Assembly (NCBI GenBank): GCA_040397685.1
Contig: JBBAVM010000005.1
Location: 18,827 to 61,150 of the forward strand
Reading direction: 5' to 3'
Length of the DNA stretch: 42,324 nucleotides
Source of the DNA: Pirellulales bacterium
GTDB taxonomy: Bacteria; Planctomycetota; Planctomycetia; Pirellulales; UBA1268
Shown piece after piece: positions 27,376-37,609 of this stretch. The notes below the pieces were generated by a model. That model did not search any database, was not told where the DNA came from, and saw only the letters and a list, made by a program, of their open reading frames with translations. The position numbers were made by a program, and so were the translations under genes. Every line of letters starts with the position of its first letter. The stretch's first letter is position 1.

Positions 27376-30129
27376 TCAGGCCGGTTCACGTCGGGGCTTG
27401 AGGAGCGCGAGGACGGCCGGCAGGAAGATGAGCGACGTCACGGTGCAGGTGGTCACGCCGAGCGTGAGCACGCGGCCGAGGCTCTCGAGCCCCCGATGGC
27501 TCGCCACCATCAGCGCGCCGAAGCCGAGGATCGTCGTCAGCGCATCGACGAGCACGGAATTGGCCGTCGAGGCACTGATCGCGTAGGGGCCCGGCCGCTC
27601 GAGGTAGTCGTGCACGATGTGCACGCCGTAGTCCACCGCGATCCCGAGGATCAGCGGGATCCCGATGAGATTCGCCGGATTGAGGTCGATCCCCAGGAGC
27701 CCCATGAGGCCGAGCGTCTGCGCCATGCCCAGGGCCAGCGGGAGCGCGGCCAGGAACGAGTGGGACAGGCTGCGGAAGTCGAGCCACAAGACGGCGAGGA
27801 TCACGACGAGCGCGTAGAGCGCCGCCTGCTCGTAGCTGCGTTTCATCTCGAGCGATGCCTCGTAGGCCTGGAGGGGATTGCCGGTGGCCCGAGGATCGAC
27901 GCTCCGCACGTCCTGCACGAACTTCTCGAGGGCCGCGAAGTTCCAGATGTCGCCCCGGCCGTAGATCTTCAGGAGATGCCGGCCGCTCTGGCCCACGAAC
28001 CGGTCCACGAGGCTCGGCGGCAGATCGCCGAGCGACGGCGGCTCCGGGGTGGCGACGCCGGCGAGCGCATGCAGGCGGGAAAGCAGTTCGCCGGCCGACC
28101 GTTGCTGAAACGTGGCGAGCGCCCGGGCACAGTCTTCCGGACCGAGCCGGCGCAGGGCATCGCGGGCCCGCTCGAGGTGCCACGCGGAGCGCAGCGCATC
28201 GGGCCGCTTCGAGGCCTCGGTCTGGGCCCAGGCGAGCGTCTCGCCGAGGGCGTCGAGCCGGTCCAGCGGAATCTCGGGAGGCCGCTCTGGCAGGGCCGCC
28301 AGCCGGCTGCCGATCCGCTCGATGAGCGGACGCTTCAGTTCCTCGTCCACCGGCAGGAGCGACGCGATCTCGTCCACGCGTTCCACGCTCGGCAGGGCCG
28401 TCAGTTGCTCCTTGCGGTCGAGGAGTTCGGCCCGCGAATCGGCGATCGAGAGCGCGTACCACACGCTCTGGTCGCATTCGGCGAGCAGTTTCTTCTCGAT
28501 CTCGACGCTCTCCAGGCCGTCGGGCTGCATGTTCAGGAGGTTGTGGTCGTAGCCGAGGTCGTGGAGGCCCGAGGCGATGGCCATGGTGCCGGCCATGGCA
28601 GCCAGCGCGACGAACCGCGGATGATGAAACACCGGCGCGAGCCAGGAGTGCACCGGCACCGGCACCGGAATCCGCCGGCCGAGCGGGCTGCGATCGACCA
28701 ACGCCACCACCGCCGGCAACACGAGCAGTTCGGCGGCGCAGCAGAGCAGGATGCCGCCGCCGGCGATGAGCCCGAGTTCCGCCACGCCGACGAAACTGGT
28801 GAGCGCGGCCGCGAAGAACGCGACGGCGGTCGTGATGGCGCCGGTCAGGATTCCGGGGCCGACCGAGGCGCTCGTGTCGAGCAGGGCCGCCTCGCAATCG
28901 AGCCCGCGGCGGCGTTGCTCGAGGTAGCGACCGATGTAGTAGGTGCCGTAGTCGATGCCCACGCCGATCATCGTCACCGTGAACGTCACGCTGAGGATGT
29001 TGAGGTGGCCGACGCTCGCCGTCGCCCAGGCGAAGGCCCACGCCATCCCGATCACGAGCACGCCGTTGGCCATGAGCGCATGCCGCACGCCGCCGAATCC
29101 GGCGATGATCACGACCACCACCGCCGCCAGCGACAGCCCGCTCGCCCACACCATCGACTGCTGGCTCGAACGCATCTCGTCGTCTTCCATGACGGGCAGC
29201 CCCGTGAGACCGATCGTGACCTCCGGATGACGCGTGCCGACCTCCTTCATGAGCCGGCGGAGCTCGTCGGTGGCGGCCGATGCCCCGGCGAATCCTTCCT
29301 TCGCCTTCGCGAGCCGCAGGAGCACGAATCCGAGCCGGCCATCCTTGGCGAGCAGGTGCTGGCTCGAGAGGTCGCGCAAGGTCGAAAGCGAGTCGGGCAT
29401 CCCGGGCCACGGCGACACGTAGTCGCCGGGCGTGGCCTGCCCCGGGCGGGCCACGGCCTCGAGCGCCGCCACGAGGCTCTCGCTGTAGCGCTCGAGCGCC
29501 ACCGTCGGGCCTTCACGGCCCGGCACCGCGCCCGCCTGCTGCCCGGCAACCATCTGGCCCGCGAGCCCTCCGACCATGGTCGCCACGCGCAGTTGCGCCC
29601 AGCCACCGTCGAGAATCGGCTGCGTCTGCTCGATGAAGCGATCGATGTCGGCGAGGTCGGCCGGCGAAAGGTAGTGCAGACCCTTGGCGCGGATCTTCGA
29701 CAGATCGACCTCGTGCAGCACGGAATGGAACAGCGTTCCGTCACGGGCGACGGCCGCCGACACCTCCTCCAGGGCCTTCACGACGGCGACCCGTGACGGA
29801 CCTTCGACCACGACGACGGCGTCGTCGTCTTCGCCGAATTCCGCGATGTAGTCGATCCACAGCTTGTTGTAGTCGCTCTTGGGGTCGAGGAGATCGGTGC
29901 GACTCACCTTGTAGCCGAGCGTTTGCGCCGTATAGACGCCCGCCGCCACGGCCGAGGCGATCGCCGCGAGGAGCACGAGCCCGCTTGCCCGCAGGCACAG
30001 CCGCGTCCACGCCACGAGTCCGCGGCCCAGCAGGCCCGGCGGGGCGTGATGCGCATCGGCCTCGGCGACGGGGGTGGGCTCGCCGGCCAAGGCTGGCTCG
30101 GATGGCTCGTGGTGGTGGGAATACCGCAT
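27376..30129 (-). CDS. MMPL/RND family transporter (HpnN-like)
   Basis: Two RND repeats: GLTG.PVM..DE, IGVGIDYG...., A.TTA.AF; LGIAVDYGVH, DALTT.LGFG.L..ASHRGL.SLG. Confidence 0.88.
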   Translation of the reverse strand: MRYSHHHEPSEPALAGEPTPVAEADAHHAPPGLLGRGLVAWTRLCLRASGLVLLAAIASAVAAGVYTAQTLGYKVSRTDLLDPKSDYNKLWIDYIAEFGEDDDAVVVVEGPSRVAVVKALEEVSAAVARDGTLFHSVLHEVDLSKIRAKGLHYLSPADLADIDRFIEQTQPILDGGWAQLRVATMVGGLAGQMVAGQQAGAVPGREGPTVALERYSESLVAALEAVARPGQATPGDYVSPWPGMPDSLSTLRDLSSQHLLAKDGRLGFVLLRLAKAKEGFAGASAATDELRRLMKEVGTRHPEVTIGLTGLPVMEDDEMRSSQQSMVWASGLSLAAVVVVIIAGFGGVRHALMANGVLVIGMAWAFAWATASVGHLNILSVTFTVTMIGVGIDYGTYYIGRYLEQRRRGLDCEAALLDTSASVGPGILTGAITTAVAFFAAALTSFVGVAELGLIAGGGILLCCAAELLVLPAVVALVDRSPLGRRIPVPVPVHSWLAPVFHHPRFVALAAMAGTMAIASGLHDLGYDHNLLNMQPDGLESVEIEKKLLAECDQSVWYALSIADSRAELLDRKEQLTALPSVERVDEIASLLPVDEELKRPLIERIGSRLAALPERPPEIPLDRLDALGETLAWAQTEASKRPDALRSAWHLERARDALRRLGPEDCARALATFQQRSAGELLSRLHALAGVATPEPPSLGDLPPSLVDRFVGQSGRHLLKIYGRGDIWNFAALEKFVQDVRSVDPRATGNPLQAYEASLEMKRSYEQAALYALVVILAVLWLDFRSLSHSFLAALPLALGMAQTLGLMGLLGIDLNPANLIGIPLILGIAVDYGVHIVHDYLERPGPYAISASTANSVLVDALTTILGFGALMVASHRGLESLGRVLTLGVTTCTVTSLIFLPAVLALLKPRREPA

Positions 30130-30355
30130 CGACTCGGAGTCCGGGACCGCGGGGGCGGGCGATCGTAGGGAAACCGCGGTGGCGGGCCAACGCCCAACTC
30201 CCCGAGCCGTGGCAAGCCTGGCAGGGTGGGCAACGCCCGGGCCGTATCCCTGCGCGGCCAGGAGCGGAATTCACTGGTTCCGACGGCCTTGGGAGGCCGA
30301 AAAGTCTCCTGCGTCGGCAGGGTCGCGTGTGACCCTGCGACGGCTCGGGGGGGCC

Positions 30356-31276
30356 ATGATGCATTCGTCTCGTCGTCGTTCGTTCCACGTTGCCTTCGCC
30401 ATGGCCGCGGCCGTGGCCTTCGGCGCGTCATCCGGCGGCCACGCGGCCGACTCGTTGCCGGCATTCGCGGCCGCGTGGAGCGATGGTGGTTCATCCAGTC
30501 GCGAAGCCCGCCGGGAGGCTCTCGACGAGCTGCCGCTCCAACGCATGCCGGCGGCCACACGCCAGGCCGTGGAGCGGACGATTCGCGCCACCACCCTCTA
30601 CCGCCGGCTTCCGGTGCAATCGTTCGCCTGCGATGCGGCGCTGCTCGACTTCGCGCTCGTCCATCCGGAGGCGATCGTCGATGTCTGGCGGGTGCTGGGC
30701 ATCAGCCGCCTCGTGCTCGATCCGGCCGGCCCCGCGCAGTGGCGGCTCGCCGATGGCTATGGAACCGTCGGCATGCTGCGTCTCGTCCATCATGAGCGCC
30801 AGGGCCGCGGCGGACTGTACGTCTACCACGGTCGGGGCGGCTATTCCGGCTCGCTCGCCCCGAAACCGCTCACCGGCAACTGCCTGATCCTCGTGCGTCA
30901 CGAGCCCCAGCCCGCGGGCGACGGCACCGAGCGACAGACGGTGCGCATCGACGCCTTTCTCGACGTGGACGGCATGGGGCTCGAACTCGTCACCCGCACG
31001 CTGCAGCCGCTCATCGTGCGGTCGGCGGCGGCGAATCTCGAGGAGATCTGCATCTTCATGGAGACGCTGTCCGCGGCCGCGGCGCGGAACCCGGCGGGCA
31101 TCGAGCGGCTCATCTCGCGGCTCTCCCGCACCGATCCGGCCGACCGGGCGACGTTCGCCCGCATCGCGCGGGCGGCCGGCAACGCCGCAGTCCGCGACGA
31201 CGATCCCGCGGTCGTGCAGGCGGAACTCGCCGCCCGGTGGCTGCCCGCCGAAGCACTCGACACGCGCACCCGCTAG
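30356..31276 (+). CDS. Hypothetical exported protein
   Basis: N-terminal RRR plus hydrophobic signal; globular body (HPE.IVDVW..LGIS, DGYGT.G); coding-like codon use. Confidence 0.7.
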   Translation: MMHSSRRRSFHVAFAMAAAVAFGASSGGHAADSLPAFAAAWSDGGSSSREARREALDELPLQRMPAATRQAVERTIRATTLYRRLPVQSFACDAALLDFALVHPEAIVDVWRVLGISRLVLDPAGPAQWRLADGYGTVGMLRLVHHERQGRGGLYVYHGRGGYSGSLAPKPLTGNCLILVRHEPQPAGDGTERQTVRIDAFLDVDGMGLELVTRTLQPLIVRSAAANLEEICIFMETLSAAAARNPAGIERLISRLSRTDPADRATFARIARAAGNAAVRDDDPAVVQAELAARWLPAEALDTRTR

Positions 31277-31291
31277 CCGAAAGCAGACCGT

Positions 31292-32794
31292 TCAGCGGGT
31301 GAGTTCGCCGTCGGCCTGGGGCACGGCCGCGAGGCGGGGCCGGGCCTCGGAGGCGACGAGATACGGTCGCTTGTACTCGGGCATGTAGCCCTGGGCGCCG
31401 CGCACCGACACCTGCTGGCCCACGAGCGGCGCCAGGTTCACGCCGGCCTGCGGCGTGACGAAGACGAGCACCGTGTTGTGCTCGTCCACGATCGCCCACC
31501 GCGGCGCGTCGGGCCGACGCGACACGACCGTCGCGAGCCGGCCGGTGGTCTCCGTCGTGGTCGGTGGCGTCCACGTGGGCTGCCCATCGGCCGGCCCGCC
31601 GCCTGGCAGCACGCCCGGCCGGACCGGCCGGGTGCCGATGGCCGAGAGGCTCGACCACATGCTTCCGAGACGGAGCGGCGAGGCATCGGCGGGGGTATCC
31701 ACGGCGAGCGCCTGGTACTTGCTGTGGATGGACTCGAACCGCGTGAGCCGGGCATCGATCGCCTCGGCCCGCAGCCGGTCGGCCTGCGAGGTCGTCTTCG
31801 CGGCCGCGATCCGGAGCCGCTCGCGGATCTGCGTCAGGTTCATCTGCTCCGGGGGTCCGGTCACCGCGAGCGACAACGACAGGTCGATGTCGGCGAGTTC
31901 ATCGGTGGCAGCGGCGCCGCCGCCGCTGCCGACGGCCACGGGTGCGGGACGGGTCGTCGCATCGAGAATGCCGTTGCCCATCGGCAGCCAGCCGCCGAAC
32001 AGCCCCTTCGCCGGAGGCACTGCCTCGAGCGCCGGCGGCGCCGAGGGAGCGAGGGCGGGATCCGCACTGGCGGCCTCGCGCACCTGCTCGACCGCCGAGG
32101 CCACCGCCGCGCCGGCGTCCTTGAGAGCCGCAAACGCCTCGCCCGCGGTCGCGTGGTCCGGTGTCGGCACGGGATTCGGCACGAAGACGGCCAGTTCCGC
32201 CGGCAACGCGAGGTCCGTCAGCTTCGCCCAGCGGAACTCGCCCGCCGGCGGCTCGATCCGCACCCACAGGCCAGCGTGCCGCCCCGACTCGATCCGTACC
32301 TCTTCGACGATTCGCACCCGCTCCCCGGCCTCCAGCCGCACCTGGGCCACGTGACGAAGGTCGTTGAGCTGGGATCCGATCCGCGCCACGGCGCCGTCGG
32401 CGACCACCACGCCGACGCGGCCGTCGCCGCCATCCACCGTGCGGTCGTCGAGCCGCGTCTCGTCATCGACGTCGGCGGCCCGGATCCAGCTGTAGCTGCC
32501 GGTGACCGGTCGCACCGCGCCATACCCGGAGGCATCGAACGCCCAGACCTCGACCTCCGCGTTCAGCGGCAGCAGTTCGGTGGGATAGAAATCGTCGCCC
32601 GGCCCGGCCCGCAGATAGGTGCGCTCCGCCGCCACCCTGACCCGCGCGGGGAGCAGGTGGTCGGCCTGCCCGGGCGAGCCCTCGGGCGCCGGCCCGTCGG
32701 CCGAGCGGGCGACGCCGGCCGACACCGCGGCCACGACGACGAAACCGATCGCAAGCAGACCGCAGCGGCGCATCATCATGAGTGGCGAATCCAT
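31292..32794 (-). CDS. Exported SH3-like domain protein
   Basis: Signal peptide; YLRAGPG.DFYPT..L, second SH3-like unit (W.RIEPP.GEFRW); C-terminal OB-like P..GVNL...VG..V.VRG. Confidence 0.75.
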   Translation of the reverse strand: MDSPLMMMRRCGLLAIGFVVVAAVSAGVARSADGPAPEGSPGQADHLLPARVRVAAERTYLRAGPGDDFYPTELLPLNAEVEVWAFDASGYGAVRPVTGSYSWIRAADVDDETRLDDRTVDGGDGRVGVVVADGAVARIGSQLNDLRHVAQVRLEAGERVRIVEEVRIESGRHAGLWVRIEPPAGEFRWAKLTDLALPAELAVFVPNPVPTPDHATAGEAFAALKDAGAAVASAVEQVREAASADPALAPSAPPALEAVPPAKGLFGGWLPMGNGILDATTRPAPVAVGSGGGAAATDELADIDLSLSLAVTGPPEQMNLTQIRERLRIAAAKTTSQADRLRAEAIDARLTRFESIHSKYQALAVDTPADASPLRLGSMWSSLSAIGTRPVRPGVLPGGGPADGQPTWTPPTTTETTGRLATVVSRRPDAPRWAIVDEHNTVLVFVTPQAGVNLAPLVGQQVSVRGAQGYMPEYKRPYLVASEARPRLAAVPQADGELTR

Positions 32795-32837
32795 CCTTGG
32801 ATACACGCCTGGGCTGCATGCGTCGCGGACACACCTC

Positions 32838-32886
32838 TCACAGGCGCGTAGACGAGGCTTGGGCGTCCCTCGTCTACGCGCTGTGA
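32838..32886. other. Long hairpin in the probable 5' leader of the SH3-like gene
   Basis: tcacag-g-cgcgtagacgagg / cctcgtctacgcg-ctgtga with 10-nt loop. Confidence 0.7.
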
Positions 32887-32917
32887 AAGGCCCGCCGGAC
32901 GCAGGCCCGACGTCGGT

Positions 32918-32960
32918 CTTGTAGATCACCCGCCCCAACCGCTCAAGCCGCGATTTTTTT
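32918..32960 (-). promoter_or_regulatory. Putative sigma70 promoter with A-tract
   Basis: Minus strand: AAAAAAA...TTGAGC-17nt-TACAAG. Confidence 0.5.
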
Positions 32961-33054
32961 CGCGGTCAGAGCCGCGGAAACCGGGGCTACCCGGCTCCCC
33001 CACCCCCCCACGGCGAGGAGGATCTGGGCAGGCCGGGGCGGCGCGGGCGGCGGC

Positions 33055-33738
33055 TCACCACCGCTCGACGGGGCGCTCGAGAATTTCACGCAGAAGCACC
33101 GCCTGCCTGAGCGTGACGGGATCGCGGAGCGTGCGCACGAGATCGTATGGCGTGGTCCCCACGGCCTCGCGACGAGCCGTCTCGCGGCCCCCCGCCTCCG
33201 CGTCCCGGGCCTCGAGCCCCGAGTGCAGATGCGCTAGTTCATGCGCGAAGGCATCCTGCACATGCCGCGCGACGTCCGTCGGCCCGGCTGAAAGTCCGCC
33301 CACCGGTCGCAGCGCCTGCGGCGGAATGCCGGCCACCGCCGTCTTCGCCGGCGTGGGACGCGGCTCCTTGACGGCGGGCGTCGGAGGACGCCGCTGCGGT
33401 TCCGCCGCTCGCCGCGGTGGCTTCCCCTTCTCCGGCTGCCGTTCCTTTCCCGACTGCCCTGCGACGCGCGGATCGCGTTGCACGTCGCGCAGGAACTCGG
33501 CGATCTGGCGCTCGAGTTCGGAGCGTTCGGCCTCCGGCGGCGGCGCTCCGGCGCCATCGCGCGGCCGGCCCGGCTGACCCACGACAGGCGGCCGCGCCGG
33601 ACCACCCGCCACCCGGCGCAAGACGGCGAACACCTGCGACACGATCCAGAAGCCGACGAACAGGATCGGCAGGATCGCCTCCAGCCAGTCGAAGCCGGCG
33701 GCGAACAGCGGCAGTGGATGGACCGCGGCGCTGGTCAT
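33055..33738 (-). CDS. Hypothetical single-TM protein downstream of floA (YqfB-like position)
   Basis: N-terminal TM, low-complexity middle, C-terminal [14 protein letters not shown]; ATGA overlap with floA. Confidence 0.75.
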   Translation of the reverse strand: MTSAAVHPLPLFAAGFDWLEAILPILFVGFWIVSQVFAVLRRVAGGPARPPVVGQPGRPRDGAGAPPPEAERSELERQIAEFLRDVQRDPRVAGQSGKERQPEKGKPPRRAAEPQRRPPTPAVKEPRPTPAKTAVAGIPPQALRPVGGLSAGPTDVARHVQDAFAHELAHLHSGLEARDAEAGGRETARREAVGTTPYDLVRTLRDPVTLRQAVLLREILERPVERW

Positions 33739-34757
33739 GGCGTGACCGGGGCGGGCGTGCCGCCGCCGGCGATGGTCCGACGCATGTCGGTGTCGGCCTG
33801 GAGGTTCCGGAGCTTGTAGTAGTCGAGGATCCCGAGGCTCCCACTGGAGAGCGAGTCGGCGATCGCCTTGGGCACCTCCGACTCCGACTCGACGAGGGCC
33901 GCCCGGCTCTCCTCGATCCCCGCGATCATCTCCTGCTCCTTCGCCACCGCCATCGCCCGCCGGCCCTCGGCGTTGGCCCGCGCCACGCGGGTGTCGGCCT
34001 CCGCCTGGTCGGCCTGCAGCCGGGCCCCGATGTTCGCCCCCACGTCGATGTCGGCGATGTCGATCGACACGATCTCGAACGCCGTGTTCGCGTCGAGCCG
34101 ACGGGCCAGCACCGTCTTGGAGATCACATCGGGGTTCTCCAGCACGTCGGTGTGCCGTTCGGCCGAACCGATCGCCGACACGATCCCCTCCCCCACGCGG
34201 GCCACGATCGTTTCCTCGGTGGCGCCGCCGATGAGCTGGTTGAGATTCGTGCGCACCGTCACGCGGGCCCGCACCTTGAGCTGGATGCCGTTCTTCGCGA
34301 CCGCATCGAGCGATTCACGACCGCTGTTCTTCCCCGGACAGTCGATCACCTTCGGGTAGACGCTCGTCTGCACCGCCTCGCGCACGTCGCGGCCGGCGAG
34401 ATCGATCGCCGTGGCGAGTTTCCAGTCGAGTTCCTTGATCTTCGCCTTGTTGGCTGCGATCAGCGCCTGCACCACGAGCGGCACGCGGCCGCCGGCGAGG
34501 TAGTGGGCCTCGAGCGCCTGCCGCGTGATGCCCGAGGCGTCGCCCAAGCCCGCCTGCACCGCCATGATCTTGCTCCGGACGATCACGGTCGGGCTCACCT
34601 TCTTGAAGCTCATCGCCACCAGATCAAAGAGGCCGATGCCGGCACTCGACGCGTACGACTGCAGCCACAGCCGCAGGTAGCGGGCGAGAAGCCCGAATAC
34701 CAGGAGCAGCGCGAGGATACCGAGGCTGAGCAGGATCAGGGTGGGCATGGGGGGCAC
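33735..34757 (-). CDS. floA: Flotillin-like protein FloA (YqfA family)
   Basis: [73 protein letters not shown]; start may be 34748. Confidence 0.95.
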   Translation of the reverse strand: MPPMPTLILLSLGILALLLVFGLLARYLRLWLQSYASSAGIGLFDLVAMSFKKVSPTVIVRSKIMAVQAGLGDASGITRQALEAHYLAGGRVPLVVQALIAANKAKIKELDWKLATAIDLAGRDVREAVQTSVYPKVIDCPGKNSGRESLDAVAKNGIQLKVRARVTVRTNLNQLIGGATEETIVARVGEGIVSAIGSAERHTDVLENPDVISKTVLARRLDANTAFEIVSIDIADIDVGANIGARLQADQAEADTRVARANAEGRRAMAVAKEQEMIAGIEESRAALVESESEVPKAIADSLSSGSLGILDYYKLRNLQADTDMRRTIAGGGTPAPVTP

Positions 34758-34816
34758 TCACTCCGCGGGAAGCGTGGCGAAGAACCGTTCAAGACTGGTT
34801 CCGGGGCCGGCGCGAG

Positions 34817-35434
34817 TCAAGCAGAAGGCGGGTCGAGCCGCTCAAAGTCGAAGGTTTCGAGGGTCGGTGACAGGCCGGCGGACAAGTCGGGTGCCCCCGA
34901 TTCCGGTTGCAGCGATTCTTCGGCCAGGCGCGGGCCGTCCCGCCGGCGGACCGGCGCCACGACGAGGTCGCGTCCCTGCACGCCCACCGCCTCCACCGCT
35001 CCGTCCCGCTCGATGGGCCCGCCTTCGCTCAGGGCTTCGAGCCGCACCCCCTCGATCTCGACGACGCCCCAGGGCAGCATCTCCGTCACCGCCCGGCCAT
35101 GGCGGCCAACCAGCCTGTCGAGCTGTCGCCGCCGCGCCGCCGAGGGCACGACGTCGGCCGGATCGGGCGGCGGCGGCAGCACCCGCCGACCGAGCGGCGT
35201 CTCAGGAAACCAGCGGAAGGCGAGTGCCAGCACGATCGGCACGATGATCGTCGTGGCCGCGAGCACGATCAGGCCGGCCGTCGAGCCCAGTTCGAGGAAT
35301 GCGGTCGCGACCCCCGCGACGAGCGCCGTCAGGCTCAGGAATCCGAGGATGCCGCCCGAGGGCAGGAACACCTCGAGCACCATCACCGCCAACCCGACCA
35401 CCAGCAGAATGACGACCCAGACGAGTGCCGTCAT
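34817..35434 (-). CDS. Short NfeD-family membrane protein (TM + OB domain)
   Basis: LEVFLPSGGILG, three TM helices, LVG..G...T...P.G...I.G....A.S.G..I. Confidence 0.88.
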   Translation of the reverse strand: MTALVWVVILLVVGLAVMVLEVFLPSGGILGFLSLTALVAGVATAFLELGSTAGLIVLAATTIIVPIVLALAFRWFPETPLGRRVLPPPPDPADVVPSAARRRQLDRLVGRHGRAVTEMLPWGVVEIEGVRLEALSEGGPIERDGAVEAVGVQGRDLVVAPVRRRDGPRLAEESLQPESGAPDLSAGLSPTLETFDFERLDPPSA

Positions 35435-37602
35435 CGCGCACCCGTCGCCCGCGAAACGCGGCGCACGATGATCCGACCGCCGCGTTGCTCGATCACCCGG
35501 ACCGGCTCGCCGGGCTCGACGAGTTCACCGTCGGTGGCGACGTCGTGGAGGCGACCGTCGATCCGGGCCTTCCCCGCCGGCACCAGCCGCGTGGCCGCGA
35601 CGCCCTCATGCCCCACGAGATCAGGCGGCGCATCGTCGAACGTATCGGCAGGCGGCGGCTCGAGCAGCACGTGCCGCAGGACCGGAGCGCGCGGCAGCCA
35701 GCGGCGTACGAGCACCCCGATCAGCGCGATCCCCACCGCCGCCCCGAGAATCCCCAGGAGCGACCACTGGAGCTGGCGAATCTGGTAGTCGTTGGTCGGG
35801 AGCACGAACGACTGGCTCGCGAGCACGAGCGAGGCGATCACGAGCAGGCCGCCGCCGAGGCCGAGCACGCCGAAACCGGGCAGGACGAAAATCTCCGCGG
35901 CGAGGCAGAAGAGTCCGGCGAGGAACAGCATCACCTCCAGCCAGCCGCTCGTGCCGTGGAGATACTGGCTCCAGAAGTAGATGATGAACGCCACCATCGC
36001 CACGAAGCCGCCGAACCCCATGCCCGGTGTGTGCATCTCGATGTACAGGCCCGCGCCGCCGACCAGCAGCAGGAGCCAGGCCACGCCCGGGCTCGCCAGC
36101 GCGTCGAGCAGCCGATCGGCCCACCCTGGCTCCCGCAACGCGATCGTGTCGGGCAGGCCGTAGGTCGCGACCAACTGGGGCAGCCCCTCGACGACGTGCG
36201 TCGCGAGCCCCAGCGACTCCGCCGCCCGGGCACCGAGCTCGATCGGCCCCACGCCGACGTCGGCGCCGAGCTTCCACGTCTCACGGTCGTCCCGCGGCAG
36301 CAGCTCGTCGTCGCAGAAGGAGTCGGTCCGTCCGGTCCCGGCCTGCGTCGCCCGGCGCACCACAAGCCCCGGGGCGACGAGCGCAACGGGCAACGACCAG
36401 CTGCGGCCGCGTTTTCGCGCCACGCCTTCGCGCCACGCGACGGCGAGCGCCTCGGCGCGGCGGGGATCGATCGTGGCCGCACCCTCGCCACCGATCACGG
36501 CGCGGGGGGCCATCGCGAGTTCGTCACAGGCGAGCGCGACGAGCGCCGCATCGGCCCGCGCCTCGCGCGGCACCCAGGCGACCGTCCGCACGCGGGCCGG
36601 ATCGAGCGCCGCCAGCCACGTCGCCAGCACGAGGCTCTGCTCCGGGTCGCCGCCCGGGCTGTCGATGCGGAGGCAGATGAAGTTCGCCCCGTCGCCGAGC
36701 GCCTCGTCGATGTTCCGCTTCGTGCGGGCGACGGCGTCGGCAGTGATCGGCCCCGACAGCACCACCTGCACCGCGTTCCAGCCGCCCGCGGCGCCCGGAT
36801 CGGTGTGCAGCGAAGCCTCGTCGATACGCAGCCCGCGGGCGAGTTCACCAGGCGTGGCAGCGAGCAGCCGCACGATGCCCAGTTCACGGGCGCGGCGGCC
36901 GACGAGCGCCAGGGGCGTCGGGCCGATCTGCTCGACGTCGAGCACGGCCGACTCGCGCCGGATGGCGTCGAGGTCGCGTTCCTCCACGAACCGCTCCCCC
37001 GAGTCGGTCGTCACCCGCACGACCCGTGCCTCGGGGTCGAGGAGGGCCAACGCCAACGCCGGCGGCACGGTCCTGCGCCGCGCCGCCACCTGGGCATACC
37101 CGGCACGCATCGCGGCGTCGATGGCTGGCTCCTCCGCGTTGGCCGGGCCGAGTACGGCATCCGCGGGCATCACGATCTCCTCGCAGGCCAGGGCCACGAG
37201 TACCGCATGGCCGCCCGCCCCCTCGGGGAGGAAGGCGACCGTCTTCACGCCGGCGAGCCGGTCGTCTCCGAGAAACCGGGCCAGTTCCAGGGCCCGGCCG
37301 AAGTCGCTGGGCAGGGTGTCGCTGTCGTCTCCCACGCGGATCTCGAGCACGAGCACGCCGCGCTGCCCCGGGCGGCGCCGCAGGTCGTCGATGCGGCGCA
37401 TGATCGCCGACTTGACCTGCGTGTCGCGGGTGCCCGTGATCGGCAGTTGCACCACGATCGCGGCCGCGGGCGGAAGATCATCTTCCGCCCGCGCTATGCC
37501 GTCCGGGGACCACGCCGCAAGCAGGGCCGCGGCCAAGCCGCTGAACAGCCGTGCCGCGGCCAAGCCGCTGAACAGGCGCAGGGAAGGCCGGTGGCTGGGC
37601 AT
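35431..37602 (-). CDS. Long NfeD-family protein with two tandem ClpP/crotonase-like domains
   Basis: Two units ending VALAC.E..M...AV.G; IDSPGG in unit 2; E..TPG.G TM region; C-terminal OB fold. Start 37602 preferred over 37611 because of the -10 position. Confidence 0.88.
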   Translation of the reverse strand: MPSHRPSLRLFSGLAAARLFSGLAAALLAAWSPDGIARAEDDLPPAAAIVVQLPITGTRDTQVKSAIMRRIDDLRRRPGQRGVLVLEIRVGDDSDTLPSDFGRALELARFLGDDRLAGVKTVAFLPEGAGGHAVLVALACEEIVMPADAVLGPANAEEPAIDAAMRAGYAQVAARRRTVPPALALALLDPEARVVRVTTDSGERFVEERDLDAIRRESAVLDVEQIGPTPLALVGRRARELGIVRLLAATPGELARGLRIDEASLHTDPGAAGGWNAVQVVLSGPITADAVARTKRNIDEALGDGANFICLRIDSPGGDPEQSLVLATWLAALDPARVRTVAWVPREARADAALVALACDELAMAPRAVIGGEGAATIDPRRAEALAVAWREGVARKRGRSWSLPVALVAPGLVVRRATQAGTGRTDSFCDDELLPRDDRETWKLGADVGVGPIELGARAAESLGLATHVVEGLPQLVATYGLPDTIALREPGWADRLLDALASPGVAWLLLLVGGAGLYIEMHTPGMGFGGFVAMVAFIIYFWSQYLHGTSGWLEVMLFLAGLFCLAAEIFVLPGFGVLGLGGGLLVIASLVLASQSFVLPTNDYQIRQLQWSLLGILGAAVGIALIGVLVRRWLPRAPVLRHVLLEPPPADTFDDAPPDLVGHEGVAATRLVPAGKARIDGRLHDVATDGELVEPGEPVRVIEQRGGRIIVRRVSRATGAR
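37526..37575. repeat. 27-bp-period duplication in NfeD signal peptide
   Basis: gccgcggccaagccgctgaacag at 37526-37548 and 37553-37575 (LFSGLAAAR/LFSGLAAAL). Confidence 0.85.
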
Positions 37603-37609
37603 GCCGACC

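Noticed and set aside
33014-33032. gaggaggatctgggcag resembling the mini element near 7270-7288
   Set aside because: Short gapped match in GC-rich DNA without the other terminus.
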